The notes beneath the pieces were generated by a model. The model did no database searches and was not told where the DNA came from. It was given only the letters and a program-made list of their open reading frames with translations. This document shows, piece by piece, positions 1 to 12,272 of a DNA stretch of 64,000 nucleotides. Position numbers and translations under genes: made by a program. Origin of the DNA: Halocafeteria seosinensis (taxonomy: Eukaryota); assembly GCA_001687465.1 (NCBI GenBank), contig LVLI01000141.1:1-64000 (forward strand), in the 5' to 3' direction. The first letter of the stretch is position 1. Every line of letters starts with the position of its first letter.

Positions 1-2849
1 GCGCCAAAGCTTACTTCATCTTGATGAGTAACATTAACCTTGTGCTTAATAAGCTGCCGAACAACGTCTGTATGCCCATGAAGAACAGCCAAATGGGCGG
101 CATTAGCTCCCCACTGAAATCACACAGCACGTGGATAGCAGTCACCTCGGTAGCCTAAATGAAAGGAACTTTTTAACAATACAACAGCCAACTTACTGAA
201 ACAAGGGCATTAACATTTGCTCCACTTCGAACCAAACAGTTAACTGTTTGCGTCGATCCCTTCACCACCGCATCGTGAAGTGGGCAGAATGAATCCTGCA
301 TGCAAAATATTCTCATTATGCAAGAAACTCAACATTCCTATCAAAGGTACCCTTACAGCTCGATGTGCATCTAAATTGGCACCGATCTTTGCAAGGTTTT
401 GGATACTCTGACAGTGATCATGTTCAGCTGCCAGGTGCACCGGAGCGCGACCATCCTGCAAACGTAGTTCTAGAAACTCCTTACTCTTCCGTAGTAGAGG
501 CTAGCCATGGATACACCTCTTACGGCTTTAGTTTTGTTCGGATTCGCCCCATAATACCTCAGTACAGGAATTATATCGGCAAACTGGACGTCAACAGCGG
601 TATGCAATGGCGTGTTCCCAAACTGAGACGCCAGCAGTAACACAATTAATAAGTTAAATATACTAAATGCGACTAAGAGAGTAGGCCACTATGGTGAACT
701 CACATTATCCTCTACTCCAGGGTTAGCACCCTTAGCAAGCAGAATATTGGTCGTAGAGATTTGCTTATTTAGCACGGCTATATGCAAAGGCCGTGTTCCT
801 TCCTGCAGTACTCAAAGCAAGTTAAAGAAAAGACATGAAGGGTGGAATTCAAAGATAAAATATACCCCCCTATGTACAAACCTCGTTGGCTATTTCAGTG
901 TCCATCCCCGCCTCTAGGAGATAGGCAAGTATTCGGCTATTTGCGATAGATGCAGCCAAGTGTAGTAAGCTGTCCCCTTTCTGCAATAATAAAAGGAAAA
1001 AAACGATACTTTCGACATAGAATACTTCATATTCCCATGCACTTACTTGGTCCTTCTTCGGGGGAAACAGCGACACTTTAAGTAGACGGGCTACAGCGAG
1101 ATCATTTTCATCCTTCACCGCCTCGACAAGTAGCTCAGAAAACTGCAAATTGTCTCCCGTTGTTGGTTTTCCTTCGCTCAAGCAGTGCAAGCAACTTTCT
1201 TACGTACATCTTGCGTGTACTCGTAAAGATTTCCTGATAAAGCGAGCTCTTTGAAGATATCAGAGTTGTTGCAGTAGGCCGCCGAAATCAACGATCTCCC
1301 GTGCTGTACGAAGACGCACCTCTTCATTCAGGTCTATTCTTACCTACAGTCAAAGAACATACCAAATCTAACATCATTCCAAGTTCGGTCAGATGTCTCG
1401 CATTATCGAGATGACAATTATGTGCTGCCCAATGAAGAGCAACTTCCCCTTCCTGAAGCGCGTGTAATTATGAATGACTAATTGATACCAGCGAATATCT
1501 TAAACGTACCTCCATAGTGGCATTGTCTACCAAGCCATGATCGATATAGATCCTAACACTATAGTTGTAACGACTTGCTTCAACCAATAAACTCTGTTTG
1601 TCATCACCCTGCAAGTGAAGGGATTAAAGTACTACTTGCGCGGCACCACCTCATAGTTTTCAAAGTCTGCGTACTACGCCTCTTTTTGCATCCAATAATG
1701 TCCCACTCAATGTATCCAGGACGTCCCAGCTTTCATATCCAACGGCCACATGAGTCAGTGTTCGCAGCGACTGAAGAAAACCAAGTAGTTGAATCTTCGA
1801 TAAGGATCGCACGGCTTCAGAAGTAAGCCCTTACCTCTCTATCAACTACATGAGGGTGTAAATACTTCAGTACCAGGTTTGTCCGTGGAATATCATTAAG
1901 CTTGGTCAACGATTTCAGCAAATCCTTAAAAAACTCCTGCATATTACCCATGTCCCCAGAACTTAAAAAAGATGCAGAGTCGAAGTTCCCAGGTACTTAG
2001 ACCATTCTTACATCAGAGAAGTGGTGAGGGTACTGCAAAAACGCTGCCAATGTTTCGCTATGCTTCAACATCGTCGCAATGACGATTGGAGAGAACAAAT
2101 GCTGTGTGTCGACGATCCGAATATGGAGCTCACAAACAACGAAGGCATAGAACTTGCGCACGTACATCAACACCGTTCAGTTCTACCTGGTGCTCCAGTA
2201 GTACTCTCGCCTCCTCACTACAATCCAAAAAGGCTGCTGCCTGATACGCTGATAATTCGTCCTGCGAGTTCCAAAACGGATTTGTACTACTCGGAATGCA
2301 CGTTTCTACGTAGGAGTGTGTTGGCGGCTTCATACCATATAGAGATGCTGTGGTAACTTTGGGTCTGATTTTATCAGTTTCCTCAAACCCTCAGTATCTC
2401 TCCGGGCAATGGCTCGAAACAGCTGCGCAGTGGAATCCTTGCGTGTAGCATCTCGTGACCCCTGAATCTGGTCAACCAAGCTCTTTATCCGGGACAACGG
2501 AGGCCATTTCCGTACAAGCTGTGAGTGCCAAAAACAAGCAGTGAAGACACTTGGCCAGTCAATCCAGTACCACCCATTCCAGAGCCTTGGAAAAAGGTAT
2601 TGACCAATTTGTGAAAGTGCGTACTTGTTGTGTATCGGGGTATTTTGTCTCTAGTGCGTATACAGCACTGCTGTACATCTCCAGAGCAGGTGTCCTCTCT
2701 ATCTCCCGAGATGGTACGGGCGGCACCTCCATCGCCTCCTGGACTTGAGAGTTCTGTCTGGTATCTTCATCCTGCGCCCTTCCACCTCGCTGCTGAAGCA
2801 CGAGGAGGGACACCAGCACAACAGGCACTGTCCACTTTCCACACAGCAT
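1..2849 (-). CDS. Multi-exon ankyrin-repeat protein with a signal-peptide-like N-terminus (3' end runs off the window)
   Basis: Exons encode ankyrin motifs (GRAPVHLAAEHDH, GDSLLHLAASIAN, GTRPLHIAV, LFRAIARRDTEGLRKLI). N-terminus MLCGKWTVPVVLVSLLVLQQ is hydrophobic. GT-AG introns. Confidence 0.8.
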
Positions 2850-2990
2850 AATAGCGAGAAAGATACGAAAACAACAGTAGTTGTCGGTACTGTGTGTAGC
2901 CTAACTATCTAATCCTATCGAAAACGTCCCAATGCGAATCTGGCTAGTAACACTGCAAGGACGGAGTCGACGAAGGCCCGGGTAGCCGCT

Positions 2991-3008
2991 GGCAAGTTGC
3001 AACTTGCC
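2991..3008. promoter_or_regulatory. Perfect 18-bp palindrome GGCAAGTTGCAACTTGCC, about 140 bp upstream of the ankyrin gene
   Basis: Directly visible palindrome. A regulatory role is inferred from position only. Confidence 0.4.
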
Positions 3009-3547
3009 GGTCAGTTTTGACCACGAAAACTAGCGACGAAGGTCAACGCAAGTGTCAGTTTTGAAATTACCTGCAAGCAAAACCGCTTCTCTACAATGTC
3101 CAAACACAGTCCTCCTACTGATCTTCTTCATACCCTAGCCTAACGCTTCGCTTCTAGTTCCCTGTGTGTTTTTTGTGGGGAGCTGGCAGCTTGTTCGAAC
3201 TAACATGAATTAAGAACTATATGCAAGAATACCCCGGAGTCGTAAATACAAGAACACGTTCGACGATGGTCTGCCATGATTACATTGGATTAAAATCGTA
3301 AACCGTGGAAACACCGATTACCGGCAGACTCCGTGGTTGCTGAAGACGCAAGTTGTTTCGGCAACAGAATGACTTCCTATGTGCTCGTACAATTTCCCAG
3401 AATATTCCGATCTTCTTCTATATTCGCTTTCAACAAGATTGCAATCGAGATCTTTCATACGATCACCTTTGTACAATTGTACAATTGTATACCTAAAGAA
3501 AGCTATCATCAACAGGAGTCTATGACACAATAGCGTTAAGCATGGCA

Positions 3548-4827
3548 TTATCGTTTGCCTTCGTTATCCGGATGGAGGCGCATGAGCCCTTCTTGCACAA
3601 CAGTGACAGCCAGCTTTCCATCTCGTCGAAATAAACGTCCAAAGTTTAATCCGCGACCACCCTTCGCGACGGGAGAATACATTTCGTAGAGCATCCTGGG
3701 TATAGAAACGCGCAATTTATGGAAGAGGCATCCACGTTGGCTTTCACTAACTGCAGACTTACCATTCATCAGACCTAAAGTCTTCATGAAACCACATGCA
3801 ATGATCCAGCGACGTAATGACTTTTACATTAGGACTACTCTTATGAATTCCATGAGGACGCAGTGAAGTACCACAGAGAGACCAATCGGAAGCATACGCT
3901 GCAATACACCGATGCATGTAGGGGTCTTCCCCTATTTCTTGTTTGGAACGAATCCAGAAGAACTGCCGCGGAGGTGTTGGTTTCGGGTCGAGCAAATCAA
4001 CGGGATATAGAGGTCTAATGTCAATTGGAAATGGGCGATTTATTGCTTTCTCAATTCGCGGTCGGTAGTCCTCGGGCAAGCGGGGATCTTCCAGGTATTT
4101 CGTGAGCATCTCTGTTTCGCTTTCCAAGTTTTCGGGATTCGGGGCACTCGGCATTTCATCCTGGTGTACAAGTCTCGTTTCTTCGGGACGATGGAATTGA
4201 ACTTCACACATAAAGATCGCCTGAACAGACTCCATTTTCAAACCATATTCAAAGACTCGTGACCCTACTTTTATCTGTAGACGGAAAACGTACTTCTCCA
4301 TTTTGGATCGCTTTAACAGATCTAGTTTCAAAGCTGCGACCGTTGCGAGTCCGGTCGACTCTGTGTAACATTCCAAACGACGCGAATGCTAAATACTCGG
4401 AAAATCCATACTGTGTGACAACGTCAGAAGTTCTTACGAATACAGTATGGGCCGACTACTGTCACCAGGGAGTAGAAAATATGAATGGAAAGAATGAACC
4501 GACACTTCTTCCGAAACTGTCGTCCGATGGGCTGCTACCATTGCTTGGGCTGCATCAAGGAGGAGGTGAACACCGACACAAATCAAGGCTGTCAGACTTC
4601 AACTCACCGGCGATTTGGCCACCGAACACTCCCCGAGCTCCGCTAGGTCGCCATAGTCGCTCTTGTGGAGCACGGAAGAGGTTATTCTCAATGTATTCTA
4701 GCTCAAGGGGCTCAGCAGCAACAGATGGACTGCGTGCCGATTCCTCAGAAAAGCTACGGTGGGGCAATCGTGCTATGGTTCGGCACAATCTATGCTTGAT
4801 CCCGCCATTTAGAAGTGTGTAAAACAT
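3548..4827 (-). CDS. Acyl-CoA thioesterase II (TesB/ACOT8 family), copy 1
   Basis: [35 protein letters not shown] and VVQEGLMR motifs across 5 exons. Confidence 0.92.
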
Positions 4828-5230
4828 CACTAATGGAGAGACAGCTTGGAGATCTTCAAATACTGTTTAGTGCTACACGCTACTTAATGTCTCATAATTT
4901 ATTCAATCCAACATGTAGAAAATATCACTCTAACCTTCAAGATCCAGGCATAGTTGTGAAGTTCTCGCAGAACTGTCCCTGACAGACTCTGCGAATTGTA
5001 CCTAGACGGTCACTAAATGCCGACGTTCATAGAAAGTGACCGATGCACCGATACATCAGGATAACAAAGGTTTCTTTCACCAAACTGGTGCTTTTGCAAT
5101 CCATAATCTAAACCATTTGCGGGAAGTCTCTCAGCTGGGAGATACCTCTGCATCTCCGACATGTCCCGGGACATGAGGTAGTGTTGGAAATAAAGGCCAA
5201 TTTTTCGACGCCCATTTAACAGCAGACTCT

Positions 5231-6583
5231 TCATGCAGCAACTTTCGTCTCACGTTGCAAACGCATGAGACCCTCTTGTACCACCGTGACAGCCAGCTTG
5301 CCGTCTCGTCGAAAGAGCCTTCCGAAGTTGAGACCTCGCCCCGATTTTGCCACAGGAGAATACATCTCGTACAACATCCTGTGATACACTCAAAGAAAAT
5401 ATAACTCTTGTTAGCACCAGTAACTATATGCTTTAGCACTCTGCTTACCATTCATCAGACCTGAATTCTTCGTGGAACCACATGCAGTGGTCCAGAGAGG
5501 TAATAATTTTCACATTAGGGCTGTTCATGTGAATCCCATGAGGGCGCAAAGCGGTACCACACAGAGACCAGTCGGATGCATATGCGGCAACACATCTATG
5601 CATATACGGATCCTCTCCCACGTCTTTCTTCGATTTGATCCAAAACAGCTGCCTCGGTGGTGTAGGCTTTGGGTCTAGCAAGTCTACGGGGTACAAAGGT
5701 CTAATGTCTATCGGAAAGGGGCGGTTGATGGCTTTCTGGATACGCGGACGGTACTCCTCAGGTAAACGCGGGTCCTCCAGATATCTGCTTAAATGATCAG
5801 TTTCACTGAGCAGGCTCTCAGGCTCAGGAGCACTCGGCATTTCATCTTGATGGACCAATTTCGTTTCCTCAGGCCGATGAAACTGAACTTCGCACATGAA
5901 TATAGCCTGCAAAAATCACAAACGCCTTAATCCTTTGCTATCCAGAGTCTATACCCTATAACACGATCAGCGTAAGCCTTACTTCCCCGTTTTGTATTGC
6001 TTTCACTGACCGAGTCTCGAAACTCCGCCCATTTCTTGTGCGATCAACTCTGCATAGAATTGGAAGCTCGTTGGTTCTGATTCTTTACTTCAACAAGGTC
6101 TAACATGTTCTGTAGTAAAAACTAACGAATACAAGATGGGTCGACTGCTATCACCAGGAAGCAAGAAGTAGGAATGGAACGAGTGTACAGCTATCTCCGC
6201 AGATGTCGTCGTCAAATGTGCAGCCACCATGGCTTGAGCTGCAAAAGAAGCCATAGGCACAAACGGTATTATTATGACGTGAATCTCTAAAACGCCCACC
6301 AATTATTGTACGTACCCGCAATTTGTCCTCCAAATACGCCGCGGGCCCCGGCAGGCCTCCACAGCCTCTCTTGGGGTGCTCGGAACAGGTTGTTTTCGAT
6401 GTATTCTAGCGTCAGCGGATCCTCCGGATCCGTGGAAAATAGCCTACCAGGAGAATTCCCTTTCTCCCACCTCTTGGCGGTTTGCTGCATTGGTCCAATT
6501 GATGGAATACATCTTTGGAATCCACGTGACGTGACCGCAGCAGCGCGTGTACCGGCTGCTGCCGTCGATATTAGTGCTCTCAT
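5231..6583 (-). CDS. Acyl-CoA thioesterase II (TesB/ACOT8 family), copy 2 (tandem paralog)
   Basis: Same motifs and intron positions as copy 1. Core exon near-identical at protein level. Ends QEGLMRLQRETKVAA*. Confidence 0.92.
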
Positions 6584-6907
6584 ACTTCGAGACAGTACTG
6601 ATGGGGGACAAGCAACACTCTCCCCAAGTTTTATATCGGCTGCTGTATCAAGAACTTGTCACATCACACTACTGATAGATAGCTAGCGGGCACCATGTGT
6701 GCGTGAACAATTCCTACTCTGAGTCGGCGCGAAAAGATTGTGGTGTCCCCTTTTTCAAAAAAGCAAAAAGACAAACCGTGGTCAAGCAAAGCAATAATGG
6801 TCGATATCAAGGAACACAAACCCGACGAATTGATATACACAGATCCACCGTGCTCGGATTGGATATAGAGAGAAGGGTGAATCTGTAGCTAGGTATAAAA
6901 CAACAGA

Positions 6908-7616
6908 ATGTCCTCCTCTGCAGCTGCTGCAGGGTCTGCTTCCGGAGGCAATAGCAGTGGAAATGAACCTCCCAAAGATCAAAATGAAGTGATCCAGCAA
7001 TACCGTCAGATGCGCCAAGAAGAGCAAAAGTTGTCAGAAAAAATTGCCGAAATACAAGCAGAAGATAGAGAGCACCAGTAAGTGAAAAATCAAACAGATG
7101 ACAGACACTTTCACGCAAAAGAAGGCACTGTATATTTACTCCCGTTTCCTGTGGTTACCGTTTCCTCCACCCGATTTTACAGGCAAGTTCTCGAAACACT
7201 AAAAGACCTAGAAGGAGAAAGAAGATGCTTTCGCATGGTAGGGGATGTCCTTGTGGAGCAGACTGTGAAGGACGTAGTCCCTGAATTGGAAGGTAACAAG
7301 ACCTCGGTAAGTTCCAGTAAACATGGAAGAACACGATGTCAGTGCTCTCACAGAAAATTAACTCTGATACTTCAGATGAAAGACCTGATCACAAAACTCC
7401 ATGAGCAGCTAAACAAGAAGACAGAGGAACGAGAAAAGTTCCAGGTACGTGCCTATCCCTTGCGACGTCTTAACCCGGAAAGTCGACTTGTGGTTTCTTG
7501 GGCTACAGCAACAATACAACATTCAAGTTCAGCCGCAAGGTACAGCAGCTAGTCGAGCACAGGAGCAGCAGAGCAGCGCCGGGACTGGACAACAAAGCAG
7601 TGGTGTAATGGTTTAG
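6908..7616 (+). CDS. PFDN2: Prefoldin subunit 2
   Basis: KLSEKIAEIQAEDREH, RRCFRMVGDVLVEQTVKDVVPEL and C-terminal SGVMV*. Three introns. Confidence 0.9.
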
Positions 7617-7815
7617 TGGAAGTCCCAAACTTCTCAAGTGACTAAAGTTTGTAGTTCCACCACAACTAGGCCATCTAAGGAATACACTTCGTTTGTATTA
7701 TCCTACGAAGTACCCGTGCAGTTGCTAACTGGTGAAGTTACGCTTCTCAACATCTGGTCCGTGTGTTAGTATTATAGATAGCAAAAAGGGTCTCCGAAAA
7801 TGATGGCTTTCAAAA

Positions 7816-7888
7816 GCCCTTATAGCTCAGTGGTTAGAGCGCTTCCTTCGTAAGGAAGAAGTCCCAGGTTCGATCCCTGGTGGGGGCA
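7816..7888 (+). tRNA. tRNA-Thr (anticodon CGT)
   Basis: 73-nt cloverleaf: acceptor GCCCTTA/TGGGGGC, D-arm GCTC/GAGC, anticodon arm CTTCC-TTCGTAA-GGAAG, T-arm CCAGG-TTCGATC-CCTGG. Confidence 0.97.
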
Positions 7889-7901
7889 CAATGAAGCTTT
7901 G

Positions 7902-7908
7902 TTTTTTT
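7902..7908 (+). terminator. RNA Pol III oligo-T terminator of tRNA-Thr
   Basis: T7 run 14 nt downstream of the tRNA. Confidence 0.75.
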
Positions 7909-8026
7909 GTCATCCACATGCTTCCCGACCATTTACTTGGATGGCGCTGGAGATGTTTGTTGTACTCGCATAATATAAAAACATTTTAGCGCAAGTTTTC
8001 AGCCGAGCTATTCCCTAGACGTCAAC

Positions 8027-9160
8027 ATGCAGTCCTCTAATCGTTCTTCAAGACTGGTGGCCCACGCCACAGGCGCGATAGCAGCTTCTTATGGAGTATA
8101 CATGGTTCATAGGCACTCATTACCATCGCATTATGAAGTGCCTATTCGCAGGGAGGGGAAATGGTTCTATCAAGCGCCACAGCTCATTGATACAGTGGAT
8201 ACCCTTCATGCATACAACACCTCGTCAACTTCAACACAGCAGGAATCCACGACACAGGATACTGAGGGATGCTTGGTCACGTCAGACTCTCTCAAAGAGC
8301 ACAGAACTTACCAAGAGTTTCCGTTTATCCTGAACGACAAGAAGTTGAACGAAATTACAGACAGTGAAGCAACCGGGCAGAACTCCTTCCCCCGGATGTA
8401 TCTTGCTGGTACCGCCTTGCGATGTATGCTGGGATGGTGCAAGATCCCCCATGCACGTGCATACGCCTATGGACTGTATTTCGATTTGCCCTCCGTTGAG
8501 AATGCATCGGAAGTGAATGATTACGGAAGTGGGGCCGACATTGTTGAACGTGTCCTTGACGCGAAAACGGCGGATGCCAAGACCGGGAATCTATGTATCA
8601 TGCTACGCATGGCAAGAGACATTGACGGTAATCACATTGCTCGAGGCTTTCAGAACAGCGTCGACTACAGAATCAAGCAAGCTCAAAAGGAGTGGGAGAA
8701 AGAACAGGCAGATGAAACGGTTTCAGAAGGGAGTGACGATCCCTCCACATTGTTGAAAATCCGCGCGGGGGAAACGGAAGAGCGAACCCTTCCTCTTGCT
8801 AGTCAAAATCAGCTTCTTTCATACCCTTTCAAAGGAAGACAGTTTCGCGAAGGTGATGTAGTTATATTTTTGTGGGCGAGCGACGGCAACCTGTACACGT
8901 TTTGCCAGGACCATTGGTGTCAGGAATCCTTCAGCTCGCCTGCTCTAGCGCGCGCCCTCTTTGATGTGTATTGCGGGAATAACCCTGTCAGTGAAAGAGG
9001 GAAAAATACATTTGTGTATGATTTGAGTGCCATGGCGCACGAATTCGCAAAACTAGGAGTAGATGCTCCCAGAGGAGGATTGACGCAACGAAAGAAAGAG
9101 GAGTTGGAAACTTCGATCATTCAACGAGTTACGGAACAGCACAATAGCCGCTCAAAGTAA
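8027..9160 (+). CDS. Chalcone-isomerase-fold protein (Aim18/Aim46/FAP-like), intronless
   Basis: YLAGTALR..., AYAYGLYFD, IARGFQNSV and SPALARALFDVYCGNNPVS motifs. N-terminal basic segment followed by a short hydrophobic segment. Confidence 0.75.
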   Translation: MQSSNRSSRLVAHATGAIAASYGVYMVHRHSLPSHYEVPIRREGKWFYQAPQLIDTVDTLHAYNTSSTSTQQESTTQDTEGCLVTSDSLKEHRTYQEFPFILNDKKLNEITDSEATGQNSFPRMYLAGTALRCMLGWCKIPHARAYAYGLYFDLPSVENASEVNDYGSGADIVERVLDAKTADAKTGNLCIMLRMARDIDGNHIARGFQNSVDYRIKQAQKEWEKEQADETVSEGSDDPSTLLKIRAGETEERTLPLASQNQLLSYPFKGRQFREGDVVIFLWASDGNLYTFCQDHWCQESFSSPALARALFDVYCGNNPVSERGKNTFVYDLSAMAHEFAKLGVDAPRGGLTQRKKEELETSIIQRVTEQHNSRSK

Positions 9161-9683
9161 TCTAAATTAATCTGGGGAGAAAGCGAGAAAGATTCGGCAA
9201 CCTCTTCCTAGGAGTCCTGCGGGAACCTAGACCCCAAACCATTGGTAGTGCTGCTGCATTTCTGCAAGAAGGAAACAATAGTCTCACAGTAATTTTACTA
9301 TGCTTTATTCCGTCATCGTTGCGTATGAATGAGTCTACAAACGCGTTGCTGTCTCATGATTTGCAAATGTTTGAGGGCTTTCTTGAACTTCACATCCAGT
9401 GTGAAGTTGCTTCCATTCATGGATGAGGTTGTTGTTCATAGAAAACGAATGCTCCAAGGGGTTGTTTGCGTGTGTATGTTATTGTACAAATTATCAGGTA
9501 TTGTATTGTATTGTCCTTCAATCTCTTGTCGTACTTGCGTTCGGCATTGACTGTACACACATGTTGAAGATTGCAGCGAAGACGCAGAACCTTCTTGTTC
9601 ATTCTACAGCTTCATACGTATGACATAGGCCGTGCTACGGCATCGAAGCAGGTCAATACTTAGTGTTATCGAGTCCACAGAAA

Positions 9684-12272
9684 ATGGATCCATTTGATCA
9701 ATTTTTTAGCAACATGCGCCAGTCCATGGAGCAATCCATGGCCAGGGCGTTTCGGATGGACGACATGTTTAGGGACCCGTTCCCGTCTCGATCGTTTGGT
9801 GGATCAATGCTCGATCGCGGGCAGACAAGTGGGGGCTCTTCGCTCCCTAGCTCGAATAGCAGGAAAATGGAACATCGAATAATGAATTCCGAAGGCAACT
9901 GCATCATGAAGAAAGAGGCTTTTTACAACGACGAGTACAGTGGCGGTCAAGTCGCCTGGTTGAATCGGCATGGCCGCGGATCGAAAAGTATCCCTGTTGT
10001 GCATAAGCGGAACGGTAAGGTCCACCATATCGGCAATGGTGGGGAAATGAATGTAGAAGGGTCGACGCGAAGCCTTCCTCGGTCAAGGAGCCACCGACAA
10101 CAACGTGCTCTACCTGCGTCCCAAGCGCAACACCATGACACCCAGGGAACGCTAGCTATTCCTTCTCACGATCGTGGCTCCAGCAATACTGGAGATGTTA
10201 TGGCCTTGCCTCCGTCCAGCCCCAATGATGCAGGCAGAACGGGCAGCCGACAACAACCTGAGGAAGCGTGGTCGTTGGCACCGGCGCCAACACTTCAACG
10301 AGGTGGGAGTTTCACGCTACAGCCACAGACTCCTAACGGAAGCAGGAGGTATGGGAGCGAAAGTGGTGCTGAGGGACACGTTGGAACGAAGCGACAGTAT
10401 GGAATGTACGAATTGGGAGAAGGGTGGTTTGAAGTCAGCGAGCCTATGGTTGGGTCATCTTCCGTCAAGGGGAAACATTGGATCGTGGAAGGGTCACGTT
10501 CTCGATTCTACGCGCTTGTATATAGACCATGGGCCGCCAGGAAGAGCTCTCCGCAAATGGAACGGGAGAATGCTGATTTGGATGAAATAAGGGAGTCCTG
10601 TCGAATTGGCACTTTCGAGTTTAACATAGACATAAAACCGGTAAAATACGTTGGGACTCTCCACCCTCGACATATCGCAATGGTCATTGTTGGCATTCAC
10701 AACTCGCGGAATTTTTATGCTCTTATCATGGATGGTGATAACAGACAATGGAGCTTAGTGCATAATCAAGGGGCACGGAGTAAAACGATTACGGAGTGCC
10801 AAGATAAACGCATCCGGAAAAACCAATTTATGCATGTAACAATTTCCAGTACTAGAGGCATTGTGGACATATATGCTGGAGACAAGTGTATATTTGAACG
10901 CTGTTCAACCTGTAAATCCGTGTTGGTGCAGGAGAAAGAAGGGGAAGAATATGCCGACTCCTTCGTGTGCAGGGTTGGTGTTGCAGCCTCTTACAGCAAA
11001 ATGGTGTTCCGGAACGCGTCCCTCTCTCAGTCACTACGAGGAGCCGGTAAGCGTCCGCCACCGACACAACAAGAGCAGTCAGCCGCTACCACAGAACAGT
11101 CCAATGATGTGTCTCAAGGGCCTATCGCAGAAATGGAGACAGAAACCCCTGCGAAGAAACGAAGGGAACCGGAGGCTTCTCAAACAGCCGCTGTAACAGA
11201 AAAGGGTAACGACAACAGCGAGAAGCAACAAGGTCATAGCAGTGACGATAATGATGATGATGATGCTAATCATGAAGATTTAGATAATGCTAATGAGAGC
11301 CGGAACCCATTTGAGGAGAGAGAACGTTTCACTGACGACGATCCCTCAATAATTGAGTCCATAGAAAGAGACATGATGATATTTACTGGTAAGAAATCTG
11401 GAAGTACAGTATCCTTTGATGATATTGCGGCTCTGGAAGGTGCCAAGCAGACTCTCAACGAAGCAGTGGTACTTCCGCTTGTTGCCCCCGAGCTCTTCAC
11501 AGGAATCCGTGAACCATGGAAGGGAGTACTGCTCTTTGGTCCTCCTGGCACAGGGAAGACCATGTTGGCGAAAGCAGTAGCCGGGATGAATGAGGCTGTT
11601 TTCTTCAACGTGTCCGCATCTTCATTGGTTTCAAAGTGGCGAGGGGAAAGCGAGAAAATTGTGCGATGCCTTTTTGCTATGGCGCGACATTATGCTCCAA
11701 GCATCATATTTATAGACGAGGTAGATGCGCTTGCTTCTCAGCGCGGTGCATCTAACGAGCACGAGGCATCGCGAAGGCTAAAGTCGGAACTACTGACGCA
11801 AATGGACGGGGTCGTATCGGCACTTAATGAAACTAACAAGGCTGTTGTTGTATTGGCGGCAACCAACCATCCATGGGATCTAGATGAAGCGCTTCGCCGA
11901 CGTCTGGAGAAGCGCATACATGTTCCTCTGCCTAATGAGAATGCTCGAAGGGATATGATCAATTTGAACTTGAAAGATGTAAAGGTGGCCAACGATGTCG
12001 ACATTTCTTCTTGGGCGTCAAAGACTGAGGGATACTCCGGTGATGATATCCGCATCCTCTGTAGAGAGGCTTCGATGGCGCCCATGCGTCGGCTCCTTTC
12101 TAGCAAGAGCCCTCAAGAAATTTCAGTCATGCGTGCTAAGGAGGGGAAACTGGAATTGGAAGAAGTTACCGACAAAGATATGTATGATGCGTTCCAAACG
12201 ATTAATCCATCCGTCTCTGATAAAGATATTGAGAACTTTCAAGCGTGGACCGAACAGTTTGGTTCTGTGTAG
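9684..12272 (+). CDS. Katanin p60-like AAA ATPase with an unusual long N-terminus, intronless
   Basis: Walker A GPPGTGKT, pore loop SKWRGESEK, Walker B IIFIDE, HEASRRLKSELL, ATNHPWDLDEALRRRLEKRI, Vps4_C-type end WTEQFGSV. Confidence 0.9.
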   Translation: MDPFDQFFSNMRQSMEQSMARAFRMDDMFRDPFPSRSFGGSMLDRGQTSGGSSLPSSNSRKMEHRIMNSEGNCIMKKEAFYNDEYSGGQVAWLNRHGRGSKSIPVVHKRNGKVHHIGNGGEMNVEGSTRSLPRSRSHRQQRALPASQAQHHDTQGTLAIPSHDRGSSNTGDVMALPPSSPNDAGRTGSRQQPEEAWSLAPAPTLQRGGSFTLQPQTPNGSRRYGSESGAEGHVGTKRQYGMYELGEGWFEVSEPMVGSSSVKGKHWIVEGSRSRFYALVYRPWAARKSSPQMERENADLDEIRESCRIGTFEFNIDIKPVKYVGTLHPRHIAMVIVGIHNSRNFYALIMDGDNRQWSLVHNQGARSKTITECQDKRIRKNQFMHVTISSTRGIVDIYAGDKCIFERCSTCKSVLVQEKEGEEYADSFVCRVGVAASYSKMVFRNASLSQSLRGAGKRPPPTQQEQSAATTEQSNDVSQGPIAEMETETPAKKRREPEASQTAAVTEKGNDNSEKQQGHSSDDNDDDDANHEDLDNANESRNPFEERERFTDDDPSIIESIERDMMIFTGKKSGSTVSFDDIAALEGAKQTLNEAVVLPLVAPELFTGIREPWKGVLLFGPPGTGKTMLAKAVAGMNEAVFFNVSASSLVSKWRGESEKIVRCLFAMARHYAPSIIFIDEVDALASQRGASNEHEASRRLKSELLTQMDGVVSALNETNKAVVVLAATNHPWDLDEALRRRLEKRIHVPLPNENARRDMINLNLKDVKVANDVDISSWASKTEGYSGDDIRILCREASMAPMRRLLSSKSPQEISVMRAKEGKLELEEVTDKDMYDAFQTINPSVSDKDIENFQAWTEQFGSV

